Origin: Octopus vulgaris
Lineage: Eukaryota
DNA length: 64,000 nt
Assembly: GCA_951406725.2 (NCBI GenBank)
Contig: OX597815.1
Coordinates: forward strand, 190,588,001-190,652,000
Direction of reading: 5' to 3'
Position numbers and translations under genes: made by a program. How positions within the stretch are numbered: position 1 is the stretch's first letter; the number at the start of each line of letters is the position of its first letter. The notes below the pieces were generated by a model. That model was not told the DNA's origin and did not search any database. It was given only the letters and a program-made list of their open reading frames with translations. Below are positions 1 through 14,718 of the stretch, one piece after another.

Positions 1-63
1 ACGCAGTGGGACTTAACCCGAAACCATGTGGTTGGTAAGCAAGCTACTTACCACACAGCCACT
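1..63 (-). mobile_element. SINE family A, tRNA-like head only (cut by window edge)
   Basis: Reverse complement of the family A head (gtggctgtgtggtaagtagcttgcttaccaaccacatgg...cccactgcgt) seen in many copies in this window. Confidence 0.8.
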
Positions 64-504
64 ATTAATATATATATATTAATAATAAATGGGTAAAATT
101 AATTAATCAGTTAATTATTTAATAATTAATAATTTTACTAAGTAGATCAATACGTTAAAATAACCTATTTAGGTAAAATTATCCAAATTATCTATAATTA
201 TAAACATAATTATAATTAGAAGTGAGCTAATTGCTTCACCATACACCGAATTTAGAAATAGGAGTTAAAATTCCTTTTCTGCTACTGTAAAAATCTCCCA
301 GATAGTAACACACTTTTTCATATAGGCAAAAAGAAAAAATAACGAATCCACACAACTCAGATTCGCTACATACACGTTTTGGGATTAAAGTAAAGTTATA
401 TTTACTTACTTATTTCACCTCTTCATCTACCCACACACACGCACACACACGTGCACACACACACACACAAACACACACATATTATATGTATGTATATATA
501 TATA

Positions 505-752
505 GTGATGGTCGAATTTTTCCTCACCATCCGATCGTGGCCATTTGCCAGCCTCGTCTGGCACCTGTGCAGGTGGCACGTAAAAAGCACCCACTACACT
601 CATGGAGTGGTTGGTGTTAGGAAAGGCATCCAGCTGTAGAAACACTGCCAGATCAGACTGGGCCTGGCGCAGCCTTCTGGCTTCCCAGACCCCAATTGAA
701 CCGTCCAACCCATGCTAGCATGGAAAACGGACGTTAAACGATGATGATGATG
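505..752 (+). mobile_element. RTE LINE 3'-UTR fragment with (GAT)n tail
   Basis: Matches the 3' UTR attached to RTE coding remnants at 33206-34392 and 42630-43604; ends gacgttaaacgatgatgatg. Confidence 0.8.
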
Positions 753-980
753 ATAAACCACAAAAGAAACGTTGCACTGTAAAAGAATATTTGTTTCAAA
801 CATGATATTGAGATTATACGGCTTTTATCACATATCTAGGTAGTTTGACATCAGAAAGATATCACTGACCCACTACATCACTCTCTTTTGAAAATACAAG
901 GATTGCATGTAAGGTTCGAACATAATTATCAAGGTAGCATGATGAAAAATATGTATTAAGCACAACAGACACACCAGACA

Positions 981-1140
981 CAGGTGTAGCTGTGTGGTAG
1001 GAGGCTTTCCTTCCTGACCACATGCTTCCAGGTTCAGTCCGACTATGTGGCACCTGGAGTAAGTGTCTTCTACTGTAGCCTTTGGTGAACCAAAGCCTTG
1101 TGAGTGGTTTTGGCAGACAGAAACTAAAAGTAGTCCATCA
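981..1140 (+). mobile_element. SINE family A, 5' half
   Basis: Diverged head and body, ending at the internal TA microsatellite. Confidence 0.75.
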
Positions 1141-1250
1141 TATATATATATATACATAAAGTTAATCCAAACAAGAAAGCACAAAAAAACACAACAACGC
1201 GAGGACGTGGAACAAATATAGTATTATTGGGTGCTCAGGAAAGAAGGAGG

Positions 1251-1285
1251 GTTTAACGTTTTGAGCGGAGCTCTTCGTCGGAAAC
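1251..1285 (-). ncRNA. Degenerate minimal hammerhead motif (Penelope-like cassette)
   Basis: RNA reads GUUU-CCGACGA-A-GAGC-UCC-GCUC-AAAAC-GU-U-AAAC. Stems I and II pair; core has U4C and G12A. Confidence 0.55.
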
Positions 1286-1457
1286 ATAGGAGAAGGAAAG
1301 ATTCGACACAAGTGGAAAATAGAGGTAGAAGAAGAAAGGTAAAAAAGGACAAGAAAAAAGTACGAGGAAAAAATATATATATATAAATAAGGATAAGATC
1401 GTTAATTAAAATACTAATCATATCAAGTGGCTAGCATAGGTAATAATTATTATTAAA

Positions 1458-3640
<2,183 letters not shown>

Positions 3641-4200
3641 AATAAATAGTCTATACAGAAAATAACTGATGATGTTCACATTTAAAATATGGCTTTAGTT
3701 TTCGACTAAACATAAAGAAACACATACAGAAACATGCACAAAATATGCATACACTCATATACCTACATAAAAATATATATTGTAAATTAAAATTGATGAA
3801 ATGAAAATTTTCTATATCCTGTAACACAAAATTGAATACAGCCTGATGATGATAACAATAATAATTCCTTTGTAGCAGGGTTTGAAACCCTAACTGCTAG
3901 ATACTCACTAAGGCATCATGAGTGAGCCACCACAGTTTCACATGATTGATCTGTAAATCTGTGTGAAGCTGTGGTGTGATATGGTTTTCTCATATGTTTT
4001 AGAATTTAACCTCTTGTCCCCTATAAAAACAGTTTGGCTCATTACAAAGCATTGAGGAGAGCTGACCAATTCACATTCTTCAAGCAGATAGCCAACAGAC
4101 TGCTGATACCACAAGCCACCTCAGAGGTGTGCTTGGGGGATGTTTTTTGAACAGACTGCATAATGTCACACAGATAGATTTATATATTTTCAGAGCAGTT

Positions 4201-4268
<68 letters not shown>

Positions 4269-4493
4269 CCATTCAGCAATTATTAATATTGTTCATTGTA
4301 AATAGCCTTCACTAAATATCATTATTTCTGGCAATAAATATCAAATTAAATGCTTGTGAGTTTACTTTAGTTATTATTTATACAGCCAACGAAATATACC
4401 ATCATTGACCAGCTCAACACACGCAACAAGCAAACCACACAACATTATCTAATTTTGGCTCAAGGCCAGAGGCATTAGTCAGTGGCATTACTG

Positions 4494-4800
4494 TGGAGGC
4501 ACATGGCTTAGTGGTTAGAGCAGTGGATTCGCGGTCGAGGGATCGCGGGTTCGAATCTCAGACCGGGCGATGTGTGTGTTTATGAGCGAAACACCTAAGC
4601 TCCACGTGGCTCCGGCAGAACTAAGGGGGAACTTCTGCTGACTTTTTCGCCACAACTTTCTCTCACTCTTTCCTCCTGCATCTTGCAGCTCACCTGCGAC
4701 GGACCGGTATCACGTTCAGGTGGGGAACCTATACGCCAAGGAAACTGGGAAACCGGCCCTTATGTGCCAGGCATGGCTCAAGAAGGAACAAACAAACAAA
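4494..4800 (+). mobile_element. tRNA-derived SINE family D (OR-like)
   Basis: A/B-box head ggcttagtggttagag...gggttcgaatctc, (ACAA)n tail, flanking cattactg duplication; second copy at 6835-7147. Confidence 0.8.
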
Positions 4801-4954
4801 CCAAAACATTACTGCAGTATATCCCAGAAAGGGTGTAAAGCAAATTTGGCCTTACTTGCATGTGAACTAAGAATGTAAAGAATCCAAAAGAATTGCTGCT
4901 GAACAATTCTTTTAAGATACTTTAACAATTCTGCTTACTTGCTGCTATAATGAT

Positions 4955-5337
4955 TTCAATTTTGGCACAAAGCCAGTAATTTTTAGAGATGGGCCAAGTC
5001 GTTCTTATCGACCCCAGTGCATCACTGGTACATATTTTATTGGAAAGAATGAAAGGTACAGTTGACCTTGGATGAAATGCCACTGGTCATTTTGCCCAGC
5101 ATGCTAACTAACCTTGATAATTAAAGCAATTCCTTCTACTCTAGGCACCTGAAATTTGGGGGAGGGGGCCAGTCAATTATATTGACCCCAGTACGCAACT
5201 GTTACTTAATTTATTCACCCCGAAAGGATAAAAAGCAAAGTCACCCTCGCCAGAATTTGAACTCAGAACATAAAGACAGACAAAATACCTCTAAGCATTT
5301 TGCCTAGTGTGCTAACGTTTCTGCAAGCTCACTGCCT
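4955..5337 (-). mobile_element. Two decayed SINE family B copies
   Basis: Shared core gaccccagt...actggtac...gaaagg...aaagtc...gaatttgaactcagaa. Confidence 0.7.
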
Positions 5338-5354
5338 ATTTAATAATGATAATA

Positions 5355-6312
5355 ACCCTTTCTACTATTGGAACAAGGCCTGGAATTTAGGGGGAGGAAG
5401 AGCAGTTGATTAAATTGACCCCAGTACACAACTGGTACTTAATTTATTGACCCCGAAAGGATGAAAGGCAAAGCCAACCTCAGTGGAATTTGAACTAAGA
5501 ACATAGTGGCAAACAAAATACCTATTTCTTTACTACCCACAAGAGGCTAAACACGGAGGGGACAAACAAGGACAGGCAAACGGATTAAGTCAATTATATC
5601 AACCCCAGTGTGTAACTGGTACTTATTTAATCGACCCCCCGAAAGAATGAAAGGCAAAACCAACCTCAGTGGAATTTGAACTAAGAACATAGTGGCAAAC
5701 AAAATACCTATTTCTTTACTACCCACAAGGGGATAAACACGGAGGGGACAAACAAGGACAGGCAAACGGATTAAGTCAATTATATCAACCCCAGTGTGTA
5801 ACTGGTACTTATTTAATCGACCCCCCGAAAGAATGAAAGGCAAAGCCAACCTCAGTGGAATTTGAACTAAGAACATAGTGGCAAACAAAATACCTATTTC
5901 TTTACTACCCACAAGGGGATAAACACGGAGGGGACAAACAAGGACAGGCAAACGGATTAAGTCAATTATATCAACCCCAGTGTGTAACTGGTACTTATTT
6001 AATCGACCCCCCGAAAGAATGAAAGGCAAAGTCAACCTCAGTGGAATTTGAACTCAGAACATAACGGCAGCTGAAATACCTATTTCTTTACTACCCACAA
6101 AGGGCTTAACACAGAGAGGACAAACAAGGACAGACAAACGGATTAAGTTTATTATATCGACCCCAGCGTGTAACTGGTACTTATTTAATCGACCCCTGAA
6201 AGGATGAAAGGCAAAGTTGACCTCGGCGGAATTTGAACTCAGACGTAGCAGCAAACAAAATACCGTTAAGCATTTCACCTGGTGCGCTAATGATTCTGCC
6301 AGCTCACCACCT
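5355..6312 (-). mobile_element. SINE family B multimer (one head, ~183-bp unit repeated, terminal tail)
   Basis: Near-identical ~183-bp units (ORF 5547-6035 repeats every 61 aa); a single head at ~6312. Confidence 0.85.
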
Positions 6313-6834
6313 TTTTAATAACAACAACAACAATAATAATAACAATAATAACAACAACAATAATAATAATAACAATAACAATAATAACAACAACAGTAAT
6401 AATAATAATAACAACACTAATAGTGTAAAGAAACAGTGTTTGCAGTTTATCTAAGTATCAGAATAAAACAATATCTGTTTTGTGAACAGCTGTCATACAT
6501 TACAGTATACAAATACTGATAAGACTACAGGAACACTAATTGAGTTTTAATCTTTAACAAGAAAATGAATAAAAATAACTATAATAGACAAAAAAATAAA
6601 TGTAAAAGGAAAAAAAGGAAAATTATAAATGATAAAATGCTGAATATAATCACAAATTCATTTCATAGTAATATGATTATCAAACAGGTTTTAATTTCTT
6701 TCTGAAATAATTTGTAATTTCTTCATTTGTTGTATGTGTTTTCCATTTACAAACAGACTCCTGGCCCACAGACATATCATCTACCCTCTCTCTCTCTCTC
6801 TCTCACTCTGCCTTTTCTGTCACATTACATAATG

Positions 6835-7147
6835 TTATTTTTTTTCATTTGTTCCTTCTCGAGCCATGCCTAGCTCATAAGGGCCAGTTTCCCGGTTTCC
6901 TTGGCATATAGGTTCCCCACCTGGTCGGGACACCGGTCCATTGCAGGTGAGCTGCAAGATGCAGGAGGAAAGAGTGAGAGAAAATTGTGGCAAAAGAGCC
7001 AGCAGAAGTTTGCCATTACCTTCTGTCGGAGTCGCGTGGAGCTTAGGTGTTTTGCTCATAAACACACACATCGCCCTGTCTGAGATCCGAACCCATGATC
7101 CCTCGACCGTAAATCTGCTGCTCTAACCATTAGGCCATGTGCCTCTA
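6835..7147 (-). mobile_element. SINE family D with 14-bp TSD
   Basis: cacattacataatg at 6821-6834 and 7148-7161; homologous to 4494-4800. Confidence 0.85.
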
Positions 7148-7267
7148 CACATTACATAATGGTCTCTATCCTCTCAAAAACCTTTTGACTACTTTCATGT
7201 GATTTTCACTCAGGCATGCTTGAATTATTTGTCTCCACTCTCTGCTGCCATGTATATTGTAATAATC

Positions 7268-7680
7268 ACTTCTACCATAGACACAAAGCCTGAAATTCGG
7301 GCGTGTGAGAGTGGTGGTGGGGGGTTAGTCGATTACATCGACCCCATTACTCAACTGGTACTTATTTCATTGACCCCAAAAGGATGAACACGGCAAAGTC
7401 AACCTTGGTTGGAATCTGAACACAGAACATAAGGACAGGTGGAATACCTATTTCTTTACTACCCAGAAGGGGCTAAACACAGAGGGGGCAAACAAGGACA
7501 GACAAACGGATTAAGACGATTACATCGACCCCAGTGCGTCACTGGTACTTATTTAATTGACCCTGAAAGGATGAAAGGCAAAGTCGACCTTGGCGGAATT
7601 TGAACTCGGAATGTAATGGCAGACGAAATACCGCTAAGCATTTCGCCCGACATGCTAACGTTTCTGACAGCTTGTCGCCT
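7268..7680 (-). mobile_element. SINE family B dimer
   Basis: Same aatacc|tatttctttactaccc junction as the 5355-6312 multimer. Confidence 0.8.
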
Positions 7681-7703
7681 TTGTATATTGTAATAATGCC
7701 CAA

Positions 7704-8108
7704 AGTACAGGCATGGATGTGTGGTAAGAAGTTTACTTCCCAGCTACATGGTTCAATGTTCAGTTCCACTGCATGGCACCTTGAGCATGTGTCTTCTGTT
7801 ATACATGTAGTATGAAGCCAACCAAAGCATTGTGAGTGGATTTGGTAGATGGAAACTGAATAAAGCTCATCATGTGTGTACCTGTGTCTGTGTTTGTCTC
7901 CCACCAAACTTGACAACTGGTGTGGTGCTTTTACATCCTTGTAACTTAGTGGGTTAGCAAAAAGAGACCGATGGAATAAGTACTAAGCTCAAAAAAAAAG
8001 TAAAAAAAAAAAAAACACTGGCATTGATTCATTCAACTAAAATTCTTCAAGGTGGTGCCCCAGCATGGCCACGGTCTAATGACTGCAGCAAGTAAAAGGT
8101 AAAAGATA
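7704..8108 (+). mobile_element. SINE family A (diverged, full length)
   Basis: Head, body and gcatggcc...aagtaaaag tail all present. Confidence 0.8.
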
Positions 8109-8359
8109 AATGATAGGCTCAGTAGTTCTTCATTTGGTTCTCTGAAATTCCCTTTCCATGAAAAGGGTCGGAGGTTACCTGTATGAGTTTCAGTAAAATC
8201 TAGGTCTTTTCAGACTTTCAAAATTGGCTCAGGTTTTAGCTCAGGTCATTCTAATAAATCTCTTTTTAGAAACAATGAACAATAAAAAAAGACAACAAAC
8301 ACAGGAGGGCCAAGGTTTAACAAATAAGGTATTAGTTTGATATTTTATAGGAAAGAGTG

Positions 8360-8395
8360 TCTTAACGTTTTGGATTTTAATCCTTCATCAGAATA
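8360..8395 (-). ncRNA. Degenerate minimal hammerhead motif
   Basis: UAUU-CUGAUGA-A-GGAU-UAAA-AUCC-AAAAC-GU-U-AAGA. CUGAUGA is intact; G12A is consistent with CpG decay. Confidence 0.55.
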
Positions 8396-9349
8396 AGGAG
8401 AGAAGTGCAGGGAGAATGAGAAAGAAAAGTAGTGAGTGAAAAAAGAGGTGATAAACAGGAAAAGGGTATATCTGTGTGCGTGCGTGTGAATGTATGTCTG
8501 TGCATGTGTGTGTGTGTGTGTGTGTATGTCTGTTTGTATGTGTACATTTGTATGCATACACACCCACAACGTTTGTGTGTGTGTGTGTATGTGTGTCTGT
8601 GCATGTGAGTATGTGTATGTTTGTATGCGTGCATTTGTATGCATACACACACACAACGTTTGTGTGTGTGTGTGTGTGCATGTGAGTGTGTGTATGTTTA
8701 TACGTGTGCATTTGTATGCATACACACACACAGACACGACGCTTGTATGTGTGTGTGTGTGAATGGAAAATTTGCTATTGAATAATTTAATTGCACAGTT
8801 TTGGGTGCGTCGAGAGGAATTATGAGAAATTACAGTAAACAGAAGTAAATATTAACACAGTGTCACAGCTTTCAATTAATCATTCGCTCTTTGTTGAATA
8901 AGTTTGACAGCAATGCTCATAGATTCGTCTTCTACTATTTCACAATATCAAATACCATATATTTAATCAGTGATAAAATTAGTGTAGATATTGTTAATGT
9001 TTGGTAGCTACAGTGGAGAGGTAGGCAACTAAAGAAAATATTTGATCACACATTTCTTGATGTTCCTGTTTTTACAGGGCATACGATGTATGTCACGAAA
9101 CTGTGTACATGAAATAAGCAGTTCACATTTCGCAGATGTTAAGTATTTATTGAAAGAGACTTAGCTAATGCACTCACCGTGTTCGTATTTGTATTTAATG
9201 TTCGTTTTCTGTGCTGGCATGAGTTGGATGTTTTGACAGAAGCTGGGAAGCCAGAGAAGTTAGGAAGCTGGGAAGACAGAAGCCAGGAAACACAAGGCAC
9301 CAATTGTCTGTTATGGCATGGTTTCTATGGTTGGTTGCTCTTCCTTATG

Positions 9350-9731
9350 GAAGCACTCCGTCGGTTACGACGACGAGGGTTCCGGTTGATCCGATCAACG
9401 GAACAGCCTGCTCGTGAAATTAATGTGTAAGTGGCTGAGCACTCCACAGACACGTGTATCCTTAACGTAGTTCTCGGGGATATTCAGCGTGACACAGAGA
9501 GTGACAAGGCCGGCCCTTTGAAATACAGGTACAACAGAAACAGGAAGTAAGAGAGAGAAAGTTGTGGTGAAAGAGTACAACAGGGATCACCACCATCCCT
9601 GCCGGAGCCTCGTGGAGCTTTTAGGTGTTTTCGCTCAATAAACACACACAACGCCCTCGGTCTGGGAATCGAAACCGCGATCCTACGACCGCGAGTCCGC
9701 TGCCCTAACCACTGGGCCATTGCGCCTCCAC
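9350..9731 (-). mobile_element. tRNA(Arg)-like SINE family C inserted in an RTE 3'-UTR fragment
   Basis: Head ggcccagtggttagggcagcggactcgcggtcg...ggtttcgattccc with TCG at the anticodon position; 13-bp TSD gctcttccttatg at 9337-9349 and 9732-9744. Confidence 0.85.
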
Positions 9732-10552
9732 GCTCTTCCTTATGCCAACCACTTCACAAATTGTACTGGGGGGGAGGGTGCTTTTTATATGGCGCCAGCA
9801 TAGGTGCTTTTTATACTGTGTCAGCACAGGTAGGTCAAATAACTAAGTAAAATCACATGTAGATTTTGCAGTTATCATCGTTGGGCTCGAGCTGGCAGAA
9901 ACGTTAGCATTCTAGTTATGACCATTCCATATTCACTTCAAATATAATGTACTTTGGCTTACTTTATCTAATTGTTCATTTTCGAGGTGGTACAGTATTG
10001 TTTGAGGAAATATTGGCTGCAATTTCTAGCAAGTAGAATGACTACATTCCAACTCATACATTGACTCATGCAGTTGTTGAGGTGACAATAATTTTCTTAT
10101 ATCTGTACAAGGTTACAAATATGTAGTGGTGAAGTAAAGTCAATTGAACTGATCATAGCATATGATTAGTATCTACATTAACAAACCTGGAGGGACAAAA
10201 GATAAGATTACTTTAGCAAGGTTAGAACTAAAGATTACAACATGAAAAATCTAAATAGCATAACTAAATATCTTTCATCTATGAAATAGTGGCCCAGAGT
10301 CTTGTCTGAAAAAACTCAACTTAGAAATCACAAGTATTTGATGATTTTATTGCTGGAAAATATAATTAATACATTAATGATATAATGATATAATTAATGA
10401 CAGAGATATACGAGATTATTTCATACAACAATGTTTCTCACAGGGCGTGGCTGTGAGGGTTAAAAAATGGTGTCTGGGATGGATAAATTGTCATGATTAA
10501 TACAATTAAGATAGTTTTTAAACTTTTTAAAATCGTCCAACACTGTCATAAA

Positions 10553-11063
10553 TCTATATATATAAAACTGTAGTTGTGTGAGTGTCTGTCCCCTTCGATT
10601 TAGATTCCTAACTACTCCCACATTTTGCGGTGCAGTTTAACCAAATTCGGGTATCTTATAGTCGTGATTCATATCGAGCCCATCTGAGTATTAGCACGCG
10701 ACTACGATGAGTCTACGAGTTTTAAAATAATTTAACATCATTTTTTATTCCATTTTAATGCATAATTTTTCGTGTGTCGATGGCGGCGGAGTTGGCGTCC
10801 ATGGTCACACCTGCACCTGTTTGCTTCTCCCCCTTCTTCCCTCCCTCGTGAAGCTGTGGGGAAGGGAGTGTAAGGAAATCAACGTCGTAAATGCGTTGTC
10901 AAGGAGACCAGCGTTCTTTTAGAACGACTTCATGGCTTGAAGACACCAAAACAGAAATGGCTAAGAAAGCCCGAATTGGCATCTATAAGGGAAGTAACTC
11001 TCTAAAAATGCTTATATAGTTATTTCCCTTACAAACCCGAGCAACGCCGGGCGATACTGCTAG
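10553..11063 (+). mobile_element. Non-autonomous Helitron
   Basis: 5' A^TCTATATATATAAAA; 3' hairpin cccgagcaacgccggg followed by CTAG^T. Confidence 0.8.
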
Positions 11064-11449
11064 TTATATATATAAAAGTTGCGTGTCTGTCTCCTACGAT
11101 TTAGATTCCTAACTACTCCCATATTTTGCAGTGCAGTTTAACCAAAACTGGGTATCTTATAGTCGTGATTCATATCGAGCCCTTCTGGGTATTAGCGCGC
11201 GCCTATGATGAGTCTACGATTTAAAAAAAAATTTACCATCAATTTTTCCCATTTTTAATGCATTTTGGGCATATATAAGGGAAGTAACTCTCTAGAAATT
11301 TATTAAATCTCAGAACGTAAAAAGCTACAGTAACACCCCCCCCCTTTGTGGTTAACCATATTGAGATGGCTATTATACTTTACATCTCTAAAAATGCTTA
11401 TATAGTTATTTCCCTTACAAACCCGAGCAACGCCAGGCGATACTGCTAG
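11064..11449 (+). mobile_element. Second non-autonomous Helitron, head-to-tail with the first
   Basis: Same 5' block and 3' hairpin plus CTAG^T; different internal segment. Confidence 0.8.
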
Positions 11450-11489
11450 TATATTATAAGAATGAAAACTCTATTCTGTCTTCAAATTG

Positions 11490-11700
11490 GTTTCAAATTT
11501 TGGCACAAGGCCAGCAATTTTAGGGAGGGGTAAGTCCATTACATCAACTCTAGGGCTCAGCTGATATTTATTTTATCGACCTCAAAAAGATGAATGACAA
11601 AAAGTCGACCTCGGCAGAATTTTAACTCAGGAATGTAAAGATGGAGGAAATGCTGCCAAGCATTTTGCCCAGCATGCTAACAATTCTGCCAGCTAGCCAT
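11490..11700 (-). mobile_element. SINE family B
   Basis: Family core and tail ttttggcacaaggccagcaattt. Confidence 0.7.
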
Positions 11701-11974
11701 CTTATTCTGTCTTCACATTAATAAAGAGAGAGAGTGAAACTTTCACTAATATATTTAGGTAGGGGTGGATATTCCCGAATTTGAGAATTACTGATATAAA
11801 ATTTCAAAGACAAAAGGTGTAGATTGTTTGACTACAGGTTTTGTTTAACTTTAGAATTTTAATGATAGCAAAGACAATGAACAAAGGGAAAAAATAATTA
11901 TAGTGTAGGCTGAGTTCCATCACTTAGCTCAGTAATCTGTGACCTTTTACCATTGCAACTAATTTCAACAAAGC

Positions 11975-12470
11975 AAGAAATCGAAATCAAATTCGATGGC
12001 TGGCACCCATGCTAGTAGAGCGCTAAGAGTACCATACGAGTGAGATTGTTGCCAGAGCAACAAGCTGGCCTCCATGCCAATGGCATGTTAAAAAACACTA
12101 TTCGACCGTGATCATTACCTGCGTTGTCTCACTAGCACCTGTGCTGGTGGCACGTGAAAAACATTCAAAGTGAGGTCGTTGCCAGTACTGCTGGACTGGC
12201 TTCTGTGCAGGTGGCACATAAAAAGCCTCATCTGCGCATGGCTGTTGCAAGTACCACCTGACTGGCCATCGTGCTGGTGGCACGTAAAAGCACCCACTAC
12301 ACTCTTGGAGTGGCTGGCGTTAGGAAGGGCATCCAGCTGTAGAAACTCTGCCAGATCAGATTGGAGTCTGGTGCAGCCATCTGGTTTGCCAGTCCTCAGT
12401 CAAATCGTCCAACCCATGATAGCATGGAAAGTGGACGTTAAACGAGGATGATGAGGATGATGATGATGAA
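11975..12470 (+). mobile_element. RTE LINE 3'-UTR fragment
   Basis: Co-linear with 43140-43604; (GAT)n tail. Confidence 0.8.
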
Positions 12471-12727
12471 GGATTTTCTGCGACTTTTCTTTATATGCAC
12501 CAATAGGAAACGCATAACAGTTCATACTTTTCTTGTGGGTATATTCCTCAGCTTCTACTTGAAGTAAATATATCACAGCTCTTCTGTGATGGTTAACTGT
12601 ATAGCAACACTTTCAAGAATATTTTATATTACATTGACTATTTCAAAAGTGAAAAATTTTCTTTTTTAGTCCTAAACACTGAGAACTGCTGCTCTGAATG
12701 TAAACAGTGGCAATTCTCTTCTGCACA

Positions 12728-13011
12728 CATGGAACTCCTACATTTCTTTGTAGTGCTACACCTGCTTAAACTATATGACCATTACACCAAAGTGATTCTT
12801 CAGCTTTCAGCCATCCAAATTAGATGCTTTAATCTTACAAGCAAGAAAAGATGGTTGTTTGACATTTCTCAATAATTCTAAATGTAAACAAACATTTTTT
12901 CTTTTCTCACTTGTAAGATTGAAGTATCATATTTGGGCAGTTGGAAACCTGATAGTCACTTTGGTCTCGGAAACATTTGAGATTGAGTAGATGGGCAATT
13001 TGAGTTCCATG
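12728..13011. repeat. Long degenerate palindrome
   Basis: Nested complementary blocks catggaactc/gagttccatg, accaaagtga/tcactttggt, aatcttacaag/cttgtaagatt, agaaaaga/tcttttct. Confidence 0.75.
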
Positions 13012-13551
13012 GGTATCTGTCTGCCTCTTTATTGCTGACTAGGGATTTTTAAACTACGTTTTATGATCTGTTATTCATATTCAGTTCCATTCATATTTGA
13101 GATATTTTGTAAAAAGACATGTTTTTATATTTCTCAATGCCTCTACTATCTACAGTTTACATACATGAATGCATACATACATCAATACATCCACACATAC
13201 ATACACACATATGTGTGTATATAATGTTATTATTAGAATCCATCTTTATTCTGTTATTGTATATTACTGCATTAAGTAGAGGAATATGAGTTGAAATTGT
13301 TGAATAATTTCAGAAGCTCATTAATTCATTGGTCAAACAATTGTAGCACAGAAAATGCATTATACAAGAATCGATTCTTCATATTATAAAAGCCGAATGT
13401 ATTTTTAATATTCTATTATGCATCAACAAAGAATTATAGAATATATAAATATTCTAATATGTGGAAGTTACATATTCAAAATAAAATGACATGGGACTTT
13501 ATTTCAAATCTAAACAATATTTTGAAACTACACAAGAAGCAAAATAAAAAT

Positions 13552-14212
13552 GGCATGTCTGTGTGGTAAGAAGTTTTCTTCCTAAATACACAGTTCTAGG
13601 TTCAGTCCCATTGTGTGGCATCTAGGGCAAGTGTCTTTGTGAGTGGAATCGGTAGGTAAAAACTGAAAAAAAAAAGCCCTTTGTATATATGTATGAATAT
13701 ATATATATATGTGTGTGTGTGTGTATGTATGAATGTGTGTGTGTGTATGTGTGTGTGCTGGTGGCATGCAATAAGCACCATTCATGCATGGGCCAATGCC
13801 AATTCCGCCTGACTGATTCTCCGTGCCAATAGAACATAAGTACCATCCGAATGTAGTTGATGCCAGACCCCACTCCCTGCTCTGACTGACTCCTGTGCCA
13901 GTGGCATGTAAAAAGCACCATCTGAACATGGTTGATGCCAGTGCCGCCTGACTGGTTCCCGTGCCGGTGCCATGTAAAAAGCACCCACTACACTCTTGGA
14001 GTGGTTGGCATTAGGAAGGGCATCCAGCTGTAGAAATCTTGCCAAATCAAACTGGAGCCCGATGCAGCCTCCTGGCTTGCCAGTCCCCAGTTAAATCGTC
14101 CAACCAATGCCAGCATGGAAAGTAGACATTAAATGATGATGATGATGATATATATATCATCATCATCATCATCGTCGTTTAGCGTCCGTTTTCCATGCTA
14201 GCATGGGTTGGA
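13552..14212 (+). mobile_element. SINE A 5' fragment, RTE 3'-UTR fragment and a short inverted RTE tail
   Basis: Family motifs; (GAT)n and (CAT)n tails meet tail-to-tail near 14150. Confidence 0.7.
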
Positions 14213-14666
14213 CATATTAATAGGTCTTTTTGAGCCTACAGGTAGTTATAAATAAGAATGTTTTTATGAGTTTAGTTAATGAGGAGAGAATTGTTTGCAG
14301 GATTCTTTGAAGCCATGTTTTGTATTTTTCCCGCATACATCTTCATTTTAAAGAAGCACGATGAACCTATGTATTTTGGATGAAACTTATTGAGATAGTA
14401 TAATATGGCTGGTTGCCCAACATATTGCTAAGCTTTGTTTCTCAACTAAGGTATTTCCATTATTTCCATACCACTAGTCTTAATACACTAAAACTAATTC
14501 AACTACTGAGTTACACAACACGCTACATGCAAGGAAGATAAGCATAACATTACCATAATCCAAATAATGTCAGTGCAAAGACATACAAAAGTAAACACAT
14601 ACACACAATCACACATGCATATATAAATAGCCCTATTTTCTCAAGCTGTTTTCATAGTCCTGTTCA

Positions 14667-14718
<52 letters not shown>

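Noticed and set aside
366-430. Half-hammerhead-like text (AUGAAGA...AAAACGUGUA), and GGCC-GAAAC near 2205-2240
   Set aside because: Core incomplete and no stem I pairing.
5400-6250. Regular repeats and a 61-aa repeating ORF suggesting CRISPR or a repeat protein
   Set aside because: Units are ~183-bp SINE segments with no unique spacers, and there are no cas genes.
9660-9731. tRNA-Arg-like sequence (also heads at 4494, 28903 and 61374)
   Set aside because: No acceptor stem or terminator; each continues into a multi-copy SINE body, some with TSDs.
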